Notes under the pieces: generated by a model
The model's database searches: none
What the model saw: only the letters and a program-made list of their open reading frames with translations
What the model was told of the DNA's origin: nothing
Program-made: the position numbers and the translations under genes
Source: Candidatus Hydrogenedentales bacterium
Lineage (GTDB): Bacteria; Hydrogenedentota; Hydrogenedentia; Hydrogenedentales; JAEUWI01
Direction: 5' to 3'
Assembly (NCBI GenBank): GCA_044359155.1
Contig: JBIKMR010000002.1
Span: 1 to 45,544, forward strand
DNA: 45,544 nucleotides
In this document: positions 21,005 to 29,860 of the stretch, in pieces
Layout: every line of letters begins with the position of its first letter
How positions within the stretch are numbered: position 1 is the first letter of the stretch

Positions 21005-22672
21005 CTACTCGCCGATGAACTGTTGCAGCGCATCAATCATCGACTTGCGCCCGCCGCCGCGCGGGGCGCGTGCAGGGGCTTCTTCCTCGCGCCGCGCATC
21101 GGGAGCACGGCGGGCGATAGCTGCGTAGTCTGGCTCGAAGTCTTCTACCGGCTCTTCCTCCACCACAGGCTCCGGCAGCGGGGCTGCGGGAATGGGGCGG
21201 GGGGCTGCACGGCGGCTGGACTCGGCTGTCTCTAAGGCTTCGAGCACGCTCGCGGGTTCTTCGGCAGGGGCTTCTTCCTCTGCTTCGATGTCTGCCACTT
21301 CGGGCTCGGGCTCAAGCACTTCCGGCACCAGCGTCTCGATGTCCTCTTCCGCTTGGAAACGCTCGGCGGGCTCAGGCGATGCGAAGGCTTCGATGAGCAA
21401 CTCATCGTCGTCTTGCGGGCGAGAGGTATCAGGCTCCCAACGGTGGGAAGGTTCTTCCACCTCGAGGGTAGCGGGTTCCAGATCGTCCAGCACTTCCACA
21501 GGCTCGGTGCTGTCGGGAACTACATCATCACCCAGCGCCTCGGCCAAGCGTTGTTCCGTAGATGTATCGGGGGTGTCGAGTCGTTCGAGCGAATCCACTT
21601 CGAGCAAGGCACCCCAATCTGTACCTTCTTCTTCCGTAGTGAGTACTTCAACCACTTCTGGGGCGCTCACTTCCGGAGCGTTGCCCCAGCTCTCAAGCAC
21701 GGCAAGCAGGCTGTCCTCTATCGTTGCAGACGGCTCGGCTTCCTGCCTTGGTGACGAGGGTTTGTCACCGTCGGTGGATTCCGCTTCACCCCATGCAGAT
21801 AGTGCGTCTTCAAGGGCCACTTCTTGGTTGGCTTCTGCCTGCTCGTGGCTTTCGCCCAAGTCACCCCAGGCCTGAAGGGCGTCTTCCAATCCCTCGCCAC
21901 CCTCCATGGGGGCACCCAATTGAGGGATGTGCTCTTCCAGCGCAGGCGATTCGGAGAGTGCCGCCGCCAGTTCGTCGATGGCATCCCCCATAGGCGCGGT
22001 CTCATGCGCGGGGGAGAGGAGGCCAGGTGCTTCCATCTCGACAGGAGCGGCTGCGGCTGCGTCCGATTTGTTTGTCCAGCGCGCGGCAGGGGTAGGCGAC
22101 AGGGCCGTTGCATCAAAGCGTTCACGCAATCCACGCATGGCTGCGGAAAGGCGAATCTGCTCGGCGCGGGCCGAGGCCAGTTCCTCGGTCAACTTGCGCA
22201 CCTGCACGGCATTGTGAGAAGCACGCGCCTCGGCGGCGTCTATGGCCATCTGGGCCGACGCCATCTTGTCGTCAAAGTCTTTGGGCGCGGGTTGCGCGGG
22301 GGCAGGCTGCGGTGCAGCCTCGGGTACGTTTACGTATTGAATGATGCGCTGCGCACCAGCGGAAGCAGGAGCAGCGGCGGCTTCCGCCTCGGCATTCGCC
22401 ACCAGTTCCAGCTCGAGCAGGTTCAATTCAAGCGTGGCACGCGCGGCCTGTGTGGCCATTTCTGTGGCCAGTTGGGACTTGAGTTGCAGCAGGTCCGCAT
22501 CGGGACCGTGCGGTGCAGACACCGCAGCCAAAGCGGTTTCGAGGCTGCGCTCGGTGTCGCGCAAGCGGCGCTCAAGCAACTCACGCTGGCGACGTTCCGA
22601 ATCCAGCGCCGCTTCTACCCGAGCCAGAAACTCGGGACTCAGCTTATGACCGCCGTTGCCTTGCTGCTCCAC
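21005..22672 (-). CDS. Acidic coiled-coil / low-complexity protein of unknown function
   Basis: 555-aa ORF with a GTG start at 22672, and no in-frame ATG for about 70 codons. The N-terminal third is coiled-coil-like (ERRQRELLERRLRDTERSLETAL, VRKLTEELASARAEQIRLSAAMR). The rest is very E/D/P/A-rich, with repeated (L/I)ED(A/S)L..W G motifs. Coding status rests on length and third-position GC pattern only. Confidence 0.55.
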   Translation of the reverse strand: MEQQGNGGHKLSPEFLARVEAALDSERRQRELLERRLRDTERSLETALAAVSAPHGPDADLLQLKSQLATEMATQAARATLELNLLELELVANAEAEAAAAPASAGAQRIIQYVNVPEAAPQPAPAQPAPKDFDDKMASAQMAIDAAEARASHNAVQVRKLTEELASARAEQIRLSAAMRGLRERFDATALSPTPAARWTNKSDAAAAAPVEMEAPGLLSPAHETAPMGDAIDELAAALSESPALEEHIPQLGAPMEGGEGLEDALQAWGDLGESHEQAEANQEVALEDALSAWGEAESTDGDKPSSPRQEAEPSATIEDSLLAVLESWGNAPEVSAPEVVEVLTTEEEGTDWGALLEVDSLERLDTPDTSTEQRLAEALGDDVVPDSTEPVEVLDDLEPATLEVEEPSHRWEPDTSRPQDDDELLIEAFASPEPAERFQAEEDIETLVPEVLEPEPEVADIEAEEEAPAEEPASVLEALETAESSRRAAPRPIPAAPLPEPVVEEEPVEDFEPDYAAIARRAPDARREEEAPARAPRGGGRKSMIDALQQFIGE

Positions 22673-22896
22673 AGACGAATGCCGCCTTTCCCGTTGTGCG
22701 CGCCAAGTATGCCCAAGGGCACCCCGGTCGCCAACTGCGTCCTCACGCGGCGGGCAGTGCTAAACCCACCCACTGCACGGGTTTAACAACGTATTCTCAC
22801 TCCCCGACCGCAATGTGAAGTCTAGCATACATTCGGCAATTAAAAGCAACCGGCTTAACGGGCTTGGTTAAGAAGGCAGGGGGGAGGGGATTTCGT

Positions 22897-23136
22897 TCAT
22901 CCCCCCGCCACGGGGGGGATGAAGACAACGGTATCGCCGTCGTGGAGGGCGTGGTCCCAGCCGGTGTAGGCGTCGTTGACGACGACCATCATGCGTTCGC
23001 GGGGGAGGGTGAAGTCGTGGCGGGTGCGGAGTTCGTCGTAGAGCGTGGCGGGCGTGGAGGCGGTGGTGTCCACCTGTTCCTCTTCCAGTCCTCGTTCTTC
23101 ACGGAGCAAGGCAAAATATCGAAGGGTAAGTTTCAT
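22897..23136 (-). CDS. moaD: MoaD/ThiS-family beta-grasp sulfur-carrier-like protein (C-terminal Gly-Gly)
   Basis: 79 aa: MKLTLRYFALLREERG...VVVNDAY...LHDGDTVVFIPPVAGG. This is the canonical MoaD pattern, including FA.LRE, V.VN and the terminal PPV.GG. Its ATG is 2 nt after the stop of the upstream gene. Confidence 0.8.
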   Translation of the reverse strand: MKLTLRYFALLREERGLEEEQVDTTASTPATLYDELRTRHDFTLPRERMMVVVNDAYTGWDHALHDGDTVVFIPPVAGG

Positions 23137-23138
23137 GG

Positions 23139-23918
23139 TTACAGCATCACGGTGGTTTGTATTTGAACGCGTTCGGCGGCGGCGCGGGCATGGGACAAAG
23201 CTTCGTTTGGCGTGGCGCCAGTGGCCACCACGTAGCCGAGTTTATCACGCCCGGCTTGGTCCACCACGTGTTGCAGCAGGTCACCGGGCTGCACGTTGAC
23301 CTGCACGGAGTGCACGCCGGGCAGGGCTTGGGCCTCGGGGATGCCGGTGACTTCCGTCACCCGGCCCGAGCGCGACGTGAGCCAGCATACGGCTGTGGCC
23401 AGTGCAGCGTTGTTGCAGCAGGCGTCTACTGCCAGGGGCAGGGTGGGGTGGGTCCATACTCCGGTGAGCAAGAGGCCGTCCGCCGTGAGCGCTATTTCGG
23501 CTTCGAACACGTCCGTAAAGTGGGAAGCGACAGCCGCCGCCAGATGGGAAATTCCGGGATGATCTTCTCGCGCCACGGTGACAATTCCCTCAGTGAGCCG
23601 GTAGGGGGGATCGTCTGAAAGGGAGACTTGAAATAGGGTGTGGTTCCAAACCTGGAACAGGGGCGCATCCACTGCGTGTTGCAACACCACGCCCGCGCTA
23701 CCGCGCTTGGCCGCTTGTTGGTAGACCAGGGGTAAGTCATCCGGCGTGTTAAGGCGGGCGCAGAATCGAGCTTCCAACTTGCCATTGCTGCGCACCCAAA
23801 GGGGATAGCCCAATTCATTGGCAAGCCGAAGCGCCTCGGGAAAGTCCGTAGCCACATGGTGCTGCGCCAGCCTTACGCCGGGCAGGGGGATGTGTGAAAT
23901 GTCTGTGTTTCCGTGCAA
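23139..23918 (-). CDS. ATP-grasp-like protein (central and C-terminal subdomains only, divergent)
   Basis: 259 aa. The TTG at 23918 lies 9 nt after GAGGA. ALRLANELGYPLWVRSNGKLEARF...DDLPLVYQQA resembles the ATP-grasp B-domain. LGYVVATGATPNEALSHARAAAERVQI resembles the PurK/carboxylase-type C-terminal end. No pre-ATP-grasp N-domain is present, and there is no room for one before the divergent ABC gene. The usual E-x-N Mg site appears replaced (GVWTHP). Confidence 0.5.
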   Translation of the reverse strand: MHGNTDISHIPLPGVRLAQHHVATDFPEALRLANELGYPLWVRSNGKLEARFCARLNTPDDLPLVYQQAAKRGSAGVVLQHAVDAPLFQVWNHTLFQVSLSDDPPYRLTEGIVTVAREDHPGISHLAAAVASHFTDVFEAEIALTADGLLLTGVWTHPTLPLAVDACCNNAALATAVCWLTSRSGRVTEVTGIPEAQALPGVHSVQVNVQPGDLLQHVVDQAGRDKLGYVVATGATPNEALSHARAAAERVQIQTTVML

Positions 23919-24058
23919 TGCCTTGGTTCCTCGATACCCTATTCTGCATGGTTTGCCTCTGGGATTTCTTCCGGGGGCCTGATTGTTTGTGGTAGCATCG
24001 GCAGGTGTTTCGGCGGCTGGTCATTCGGTTGGGTCGCCGCGTATTGGAGGATAGTTCT

Positions 24059-25798
24059 TTGAAGTACACGATTGCCCTGAATGGTGCGGCCATGGCCGCT
24101 TTGGTTTTGCTTTCCGCGTGCGGCCAATCGGGAGTGTCTGCGCCTGCTGTGGGTCAGTCTGCCGCGCCCGAAGCCCCGGCGGAAGTTCCCGCTGCGCCTG
24201 ACGTGGCAGAGCCAGACGTGGACCGTAGCGTGGCGCAGCTGGGGGAGGAGGGCGCGGAGACGCCGGTGAAAGGGGACTGGCTGATTGGGGTGTTGCCTGC
24301 GGAGATGGCGCACCTGAATCCCATCACGAATTCGGACTCCTATGCCACGCGCATTAGCGAGCATATCTTCGACAACCTGCTGGACACGGACCCGATAACC
24401 CTGGAGATGAAGCCGCTGGTTGCGGAGCGGTGGGAGGTTTCCCCGGATCACTTGGTCTACACCTTCTTCTTGCGCAAGGACGTGGTCTTCTCCGACGGCA
24501 AGCCGCTGACCGCCCACGACGTGAAGTTTACCTTCGACAAGATCATGGACCCCACGGTGGATGCTGCGCCGATGCGTAATTACTACATGGACGTGACGAA
24601 CTCGGAAGTGATTGATGACCACACGATCCGTTTCACCTGCAGCAAGCCCTTCTGGCAGCACCTGATCTATCTCGGCGATTTCGACATCATGCCGAAGCAC
24701 ATCTATGAAACGGGCGACTTCAACGATCACCCCAATGCGCGCACGCCGGTGGGGTCGGGTCCATATCTGTTGGAAGCGTGGGAGACTAACCAGCAGATAG
24801 TGCTGTCGCGCAACCCGAATTACTGGAACAAGGACAGCATCAACGCAGGCAATCTCGACAAGCGCATCTACAAGATCATCACGAATGAAGACACGGCGCT
24901 GGAGGTGTTGTTGTCGGGAGGGGTGGACCTGAATGCCCTGCGTCCGAAGCAATGGGTGGGGCGTGCAGCGCAGCCGGACTTTTCAGAGCGCTTCGAGAAG
25001 AAGAACTGGTACTCGCCCTTCTACAATTACATCGGCTGGAACTCTGCGAACCCACTGTTTGCCGACAAGATGGTGCGGCGCGCATTGACCCAACTGCTCG
25101 ACCGCGAGACGATTCGGCAGACGGTGTTCGAGGGCCTGGCGCAGACGGTGACGGGGGGCTTCCTGCCGGGCACGGCAGCGTGCAACCCGAACATTCAACC
25201 GTGGCCCTTTGACCCGGCGGCGGCGGTTGCCCTGCTGGATGCGGCGGGCTGGGTGGACAGCGATGGCGACGGCCTGCGCGACAAGGGCGGCGTGCCGTTT
25301 CGCTTTGAGCTGATGACGGTAAACTCGAGCACCGAGGCTGAGCAGACGGCGACGGTGTTCAAGGAAGAATTGCAGCGCGCGGGGATTGAATTGAATATCC
25401 GCCAGCTGGAATGGGCGGTGATGATTGAGCGGGTGCAAAAGCGGGAGATGGACGCATTCATGCTGGGCTGGTCGATGCCGCCCTTCCCGGACGAGTACCA
25501 GTTATGGCACTCGTCGCAGATTGCAGAGGGGTCGAACTATGTGGGCTTCTCGAACGCCGAGGCGGACGAGCTGATTACCAAGGCGCGTGAGACTTTCGAC
25601 ACCGAGGCGCGCAACAAAATGTTCCATCGTTTCCACGAGATACTGCACGAGGAGCAACCCTACACCTTCATGTTCTCGCCATCGGCCCTGTTGGCGGTGG
25701 ACAAGCGCGTACACAACACGGTGGTGTATCCGCTGTTGCGCAACCGCCCTTACTTTGAATGGTTTGTGCCCTTGGAATTGCAGAAGTACGGCAAGTAG
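24059..25798 (+). CDS. ABC transporter substrate-binding lipoprotein, family 5 (Opp/Dpp/oligosaccharide type)
   Basis: The TTG at 24059 lies 7 nt after GGAGGA (24046-24051) and gives (M)KYTIALNGAAMAALVLLSAC with an LSAC lipobox. The body has family-5 features (VFSDGKPLTAHDVKFTF, GSGPY, NPNYW, AELMTVNS). Confidence 0.85.
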   Translation: MKYTIALNGAAMAALVLLSACGQSGVSAPAVGQSAAPEAPAEVPAAPDVAEPDVDRSVAQLGEEGAETPVKGDWLIGVLPAEMAHLNPITNSDSYATRISEHIFDNLLDTDPITLEMKPLVAERWEVSPDHLVYTFFLRKDVVFSDGKPLTAHDVKFTFDKIMDPTVDAAPMRNYYMDVTNSEVIDDHTIRFTCSKPFWQHLIYLGDFDIMPKHIYETGDFNDHPNARTPVGSGPYLLEAWETNQQIVLSRNPNYWNKDSINAGNLDKRIYKIITNEDTALEVLLSGGVDLNALRPKQWVGRAAQPDFSERFEKKNWYSPFYNYIGWNSANPLFADKMVRRALTQLLDRETIRQTVFEGLAQTVTGGFLPGTAACNPNIQPWPFDPAAAVALLDAAGWVDSDGDGLRDKGGVPFRFELMTVNSSTEAEQTATVFKEELQRAGIELNIRQLEWAVMIERVQKREMDAFMLGWSMPPFPDEYQLWHSSQIAEGSNYVGFSNAEADELITKARETFDTEARNKMFHRFHEILHEEQPYTFMFSPSALLAVDKRVHNTVVYPLLRNRPYFEWFVPLELQKYGK

Positions 25799-25810
25799 CA
25801 ACCGGACCGC

Positions 25811-26806
25811 GTGAAAGCTTATCTCCTCAGACGGCTGTTGCTGATCATTCCCACATTCGTGGGGGTGAGCCTGATTACCTTTGCCGTAATTCAACTGGCC
25901 CCGGGCAGCCCCCTTACCGTGCGGTTGCAAGGCGCAGACGGTGGCATGAATTCCAGCGCGGCGTCGAAGGAGATTGTCGAGCAGACCAAGGCCCTATATG
26001 GGCTGGACAAGCCCATGCCCCAACGCTATGCGCTTTGGCTGTGGCGGCTGGTGCGGCTGGACTTTGGCGAGAGCTACAAGGACCATCGCCCGGTAATCGA
26101 CAAGATTGCCGAGGCTCTGCCGATCACGCTTCAGCTCAACCTGCTGTCCGTTTTCATCGCTTACCTGATAGCCATTCCGATTGGGGTCTATTCCGCCACG
26201 CGGCAATACTCGTTGGTGGATTCCACGCTTACGCTGCTGCTTTTCATCTTGTACAGCGTACCCAGTTTCTGGGCGGCCACCATGTTGCTGATGCTGTTTA
26301 CCAGTGGGGACTACTGGCAGCTGTTCCCCAGCTATGGAATGCAGACCATCGGGTCTGAGGCATGGCCGTGGCACCAGCGCTTGGGGGACAGGCTGTGGCA
26401 CTACGCGCTGCCGCTCTTCTGCTACACCTACGCCAGCCTTGCGGGCATTTCGCGCTACATGCGTGCCAGCATGTTGGAAACGATTCGGCAGGACTATATC
26501 CGCACGGCGCGCGCCTTTGGGTTTAAGGAACGCACGGTGGTCTATCGTTATGCCATGCGCAATTCGCTCATTCCGATTGTCACCCTGTTTGGTGCGTTGC
26601 TGCCTTCGCTCATTGGTGGCAGCGTGATTGTCGAGAGCATCTTCTCGATACCCGGTATGGGGCGGCTGGCCTTCGAGTCGGTGTTGTCGCGCGACTATCC
26701 CACCATCATGGGCGTATTCACCATCACGGCGCTGCTCACCATGGTGGGCCTGCTGTTGAGCGATCTGCTTACCGCGCTGGTGAACCCAAGGGTCTCCTTC
26801 AAATGA
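25811..26806 (+). CDS. ABC transporter permease (DppB/OppB-like)
   Basis: A GTG start gives (M)KAYLLRRLLLIIPTFVGVSLITFAVIQLAPG, the typical OppB/DppB N-terminus, on a polytopic protein. There is a 4-nt overlap with the next gene. Confidence 0.9.
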   Translation: MKAYLLRRLLLIIPTFVGVSLITFAVIQLAPGSPLTVRLQGADGGMNSSAASKEIVEQTKALYGLDKPMPQRYALWLWRLVRLDFGESYKDHRPVIDKIAEALPITLQLNLLSVFIAYLIAIPIGVYSATRQYSLVDSTLTLLLFILYSVPSFWAATMLLMLFTSGDYWQLFPSYGMQTIGSEAWPWHQRLGDRLWHYALPLFCYTYASLAGISRYMRASMLETIRQDYIRTARAFGFKERTVVYRYAMRNSLIPIVTLFGALLPSLIGGSVIVESIFSIPGMGRLAFESVLSRDYPTIMGVFTITALLTMVGLLLSDLLTALVNPRVSFK

Positions 26807-27816
26807 GCGCGGAGACCTACACCAAAGAAGGGTACTGGCGCGTGGTGTGGCGGCAGTTTCGTCGCCGCCCGCGCGGGTTGGCGGGGCTGGCTATTGTGGC
26901 GTTCATTGCTCTTGTGGCATTGGCCGCGCCGATGCTAGCGGAAGACACGCCCATCTACATGCTCAAGGCGGGCAAGTCGTATTGGTTCCCGTATTACATC
27001 AAATACGACGACCTGAAGGCGCAGAACCTCTACGCCAACTTCGACCGCTGGCAGCCTGCCGAGGGCGAGTATGTGGTGCGTCCGCCGATACCTTTCGGGC
27101 CGAACCGCCAAGACCTGCGCGACCGGTTGAAACCGCCCAGCGAAACACACTTGTTGGGCACCGACGATCGCGGGCGTGATGTGCTGAGTCGCATGATCCA
27201 CGCCTCGCGCGTGGCCATCAGCGTGGGCTTTGTGGCGATGGGCATTGCCGTGTTGATTGGCGTGGTGCTGGGGGCCTTGGCCGGATACTTCGGTGGCTGG
27301 GTAGATGCGTTGGTGCTGCGCGCCATAGAAACGATGATGGTGTTTCCCACCTTCTTCTTCATCCTCACGGTGATCGCGTTCCTGCCGCCCAGCATCTACA
27401 ACATCATGATTGTCATCGGGCTTACGGAGTGGGCGGGCGTCGCGCGGCTGGTGCGTGGAGAGTTTCTGCGGGAGCGTAGTTTGGACTACGCCACGGCGGC
27501 GCGCGCCACCGGGCTGGGCAATGCGCGCATCATCTTTCGGCACATCCTGCCCAACACCCTCAGCCCGGTGTTTGTCACCGCAGCATTTGGCGTGGCGGGC
27601 GCGATACTTGCCGAATCTGCCCTGAGCTTCCTCGGCTTCGGCATCCAGCCGCCCCAAGCCAGTTGGGGCGAATTGCTGAAGCAGGGTAAGAGCTACGTGC
27701 GCGAGGCGTGGTGGCTGGTCACCTTCCCCGGCGTGGCGATATTTGCCACGGTCACGGCGTTTAACTTGGTGGGCGAAACCCTGCGCGATGCCATGGACCC
27801 GAGGATGCGGCAATGA
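26803..27816 (+). CDS. ABC transporter permease (DppC/OppC-like)
   Basis: N-terminus [21 protein letters not shown], then [21 protein letters not shown] (the OppC signature). ATGA overlaps occur on both sides. Confidence 0.9.
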   Translation: MSAETYTKEGYWRVVWRQFRRRPRGLAGLAIVAFIALVALAAPMLAEDTPIYMLKAGKSYWFPYYIKYDDLKAQNLYANFDRWQPAEGEYVVRPPIPFGPNRQDLRDRLKPPSETHLLGTDDRGRDVLSRMIHASRVAISVGFVAMGIAVLIGVVLGALAGYFGGWVDALVLRAIETMMVFPTFFFILTVIAFLPPSIYNIMIVIGLTEWAGVARLVRGEFLRERSLDYATAARATGLGNARIIFRHILPNTLSPVFVTAAFGVAGAILAESALSFLGFGIQPPQASWGELLKQGKSYVREAWWLVTFPGVAIFATVTAFNLVGETLRDAMDPRMRQ

Positions 27817-28790
27817 GCGGCGCACCCCTCTTGTCCGTGCGCGATTTGCGCACCCATTTCTTTACCGACCGGGGCGTCGCCCGCGCGGTGGATGGCGTGT
27901 CGTTTGATCTGCACGCTGGTAAGACGCTGGCGTTGGTGGGGGAGAGCGGCTGCGGCAAGAGTGTCACGGCCATGTCGCTATTGCGCCTGATTGCCAATCC
28001 GCCGGGGCGCATCGTGTCGGGGTCGGTGTTGTTTGAAGGGCGCGACCTGGTGCAGCTGCCTGAGCACGAGCTTCGGAAGGTTCGCGGCAACGACATATCG
28101 ATGATCTTCCAGGAACCCATGACCTCGATGAACCCGGTGTTCAGCACGGGGGAGCAAGTGGCTGCGGTGCTGCGGCTGCACCAGGGGCTGAACAAGGCCG
28201 ACGTCACCGAGCGCGCCATAGCGCTGTTCAAGCTGGTGGGCATTCCCGCGCCCGAGCGGCGCATACGCGATTACCCGCACCAGATGTCGGGCGGCATGTT
28301 GCAGCGCGTGATGATTGCCATGGCGCTGGCCTGCGGGCCCAAGTTGTTGATTGCCGACGAACCCACGACCGCGCTCGACGTGACAGTGCAGGCGCAGATA
28401 CTCGACCTGCTACGCGTCCTGCGCGACGAAACGGGAATGGCGCTGCTGATGATCACCCACGACCTGGGTGTGGTGGCGGAAATGGCGGACGACGTGGCGG
28501 TGATGTATGCGGGCCAGATTGTGGAACACGCCCCAGTGGCGGAGTTATTCGCACGCCCCAGCCACCCCTACACGCAGGGGCTGTTCGCGTCTCTACCCGG
28601 CATGAACATCGGCAACGAACGCCTGAACACCATCCCGGGAACCGTGCCCCCCGCCACGCGATTCCCCGAGGGGTGCAGGTTTCATCCACGTTGCTCGCAT
28701 GCATTCGACCGTTGCCGCACACAGGTGCCACCTGCGTTCAAAGTAAGCGACACGCATGAGGCTTCATGCTGGTTGATGGATACGCCATGA
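27813..28790 (+). CDS. ABC transporter ATP-binding protein (DppD/OppD-like)
   Basis: Walker A GESGCGKS, signature MSGGMLQR, Walker [13 protein letters not shown], and a C-terminal Cys-containing oligopeptide-type tail. Confidence 0.9.
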   Translation: MSGAPLLSVRDLRTHFFTDRGVARAVDGVSFDLHAGKTLALVGESGCGKSVTAMSLLRLIANPPGRIVSGSVLFEGRDLVQLPEHELRKVRGNDISMIFQEPMTSMNPVFSTGEQVAAVLRLHQGLNKADVTERAIALFKLVGIPAPERRIRDYPHQMSGGMLQRVMIAMALACGPKLLIADEPTTALDVTVQAQILDLLRVLRDETGMALLMITHDLGVVAEMADDVAVMYAGQIVEHAPVAELFARPSHPYTQGLFASLPGMNIGNERLNTIPGTVPPATRFPEGCRFHPRCSHAFDRCRTQVPPAFKVSDTHEASCWLMDTP

Positions 28791-29761
28791 GCGAACCCCT
28801 GCTCAAGGTCGCTGGACTGAACAAGCACTTTCCCGTAACCTCTGGCGTGTTCGGGCGCACGGTGGGGGCCGTGCGGGCTGTGGAGGATGTCAGCTTTGAG
28901 TTGCGCCGGGGCGAGACCTTGAGTCTGGTGGGGGAGAGCGGCAGCGGCAAGACCACCACGGGGCGGTGTGTGCTGCGGCTTATCGAACCCACAGCGGGCA
29001 CCATCACCTTTGACGGTACCGACGTGAGTACCTTGTCTCCCAGCGAATTGCGCGGCGTGCGCAAGCGGATGCAGATTATTTTTCAAGACCCCTACAGCTC
29101 GCTCAACCCACGCATGACGGTGCAGAGCGTGTTGTCCGAGGCGATGGCCGCGCATGGCCTGCACGACCGCAGCACCCGACGCGACCGCGTGCTGGAACTG
29201 CTGGAGCTGGTGGGGCTGCCGCGAGAAGCGGCGGACCGCTATCCCCATGAATTCAGCGGCGGGCAGCGCCAGCGCATCGGCGTGGCGCGCGCCTTGGCGG
29301 TAGAGCCAGACCTGATTGTGGCGGACGAGCCGGTCTCCGCGCTCGACGTGTCGATTCAGGCGCAGGTGGTGAACCTGTTGAAAGACCTGCAACAAAGGCT
29401 GGGGATTGCCTACCTCTTTATCGGCCATGACCTGTCGGTCGTACGCCACATATCCCACCGGGTCGCGGTCATGTACCTGGGGCGTATCGTGGAAACCGGG
29501 CCGGTGGACGAACTGTTCGACCGACCTGCGCACCCCTATACCAAGGCCCTGCTCAGCGCCGTGCCCCGCCCCGAGCCGGGCCGCAAGCGCACGGCCCAAG
29601 TGCTGCAAGGCGACGTGCCCAGCCCGCTCAATCCCCCACCGGGGTGCGCGTTCCACCCGCGATGCCCAGAGGCCATAGCCCTCTGCCAGCAAGCGCTACC
29701 CCCTGCCTACCCCGTGGGAGAAGCGCACACGGCCCGGTGTGTACACTGTGAAAAGAAATAA
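28787..29761 (+). CDS. ABC transporter ATP-binding protein (DppF/OppF-like)
   Basis: The ATG at 28787 overlaps the upstream TGA. Walker A GESGSGKT, signature FSGGQRQR, Walker [13 protein letters not shown]. Confidence 0.9.
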   Translation: MSEPLLKVAGLNKHFPVTSGVFGRTVGAVRAVEDVSFELRRGETLSLVGESGSGKTTTGRCVLRLIEPTAGTITFDGTDVSTLSPSELRGVRKRMQIIFQDPYSSLNPRMTVQSVLSEAMAAHGLHDRSTRRDRVLELLELVGLPREAADRYPHEFSGGQRQRIGVARALAVEPDLIVADEPVSALDVSIQAQVVNLLKDLQQRLGIAYLFIGHDLSVVRHISHRVAVMYLGRIVETGPVDELFDRPAHPYTKALLSAVPRPEPGRKRTAQVLQGDVPSPLNPPPGCAFHPRCPEAIALCQQALPPAYPVGEAHTARCVHCEKK

Positions 29762-29778
29762 CCGCCACTGAATTCCAT

Positions 29779-29839
29779 GGGACAGATGCGACGGATGGGA
29801 CAGATGGGTCTCATCCGTCCTATCCGTCACATCCGTCCC
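29779..29839. repeat. 61-nt imperfect palindrome built from 9-mers: three inverted units, a 7-nt spacer, then three direct units
   Basis: Read directly from the sequence: GGGACAGAT GCGACGGAT GGGACAGAT (29779-29805), spacer GGGTCTC, then ATCCGTCCT ATCCGTCAC ATCCGTCCC (29813-29839). The arms pair at 23 of 27 positions. It lies in the 99-nt gap between the last ABC gene and the GH31 gene. Confidence 0.7.
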
Positions 29840-29860
29840 ATAAGCATTTAGGAACATCCC

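Noticed and set aside
21192-22786. Plus-strand ORFs of 227 aa (Ser-rich) and 320 aa, opposite the acidic-protein gene
   Set aside because: They are low-complexity mirror images of an E/D/A-rich gene. Neither has a start context or motifs. I kept the minus-strand reading, though it also has only moderate support.
22875-22918. G-runs (GGGGGG, GGGG, GGGGGGG) as a G-quadruplex
   Set aside because: There are only three clear G-tracts, and they coincide with Pro/Gly codons at the moaD C-terminus on the opposite strand. The hairpin interpretation is simpler.
23919-24058. Possible Moco riboswitch in the 5' region of the ATP-grasp-like/moaD unit
   Set aside because: The 140-nt divergent region must also hold two promoters, and I could not trace the conserved Moco-motif helices. 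It should still be run against covariance models.
23939-24952. 337-aa minus-strand ORF
   Set aside because: It lies antisense to the well-supported ABC substrate-binding gene. It is Arg/His/Val-rich with no recognisable motif, a typical shadow ORF in GC-rich DNA.
28682-29692. 336-aa minus-strand ORF. The similar antisense ORFs at 26935-27825, 30074-30964, 8157-8963, 9866-10615, 4547-5323, 16339-17091, 19010-19858 and 19855-20730 are rejected with it.
   Set aside because: All lie opposite genes with strong family motifs. All have the Arg/Gly/His/Ala-rich composition expected from reading GC-rich coding DNA in the wrong frame or strand.
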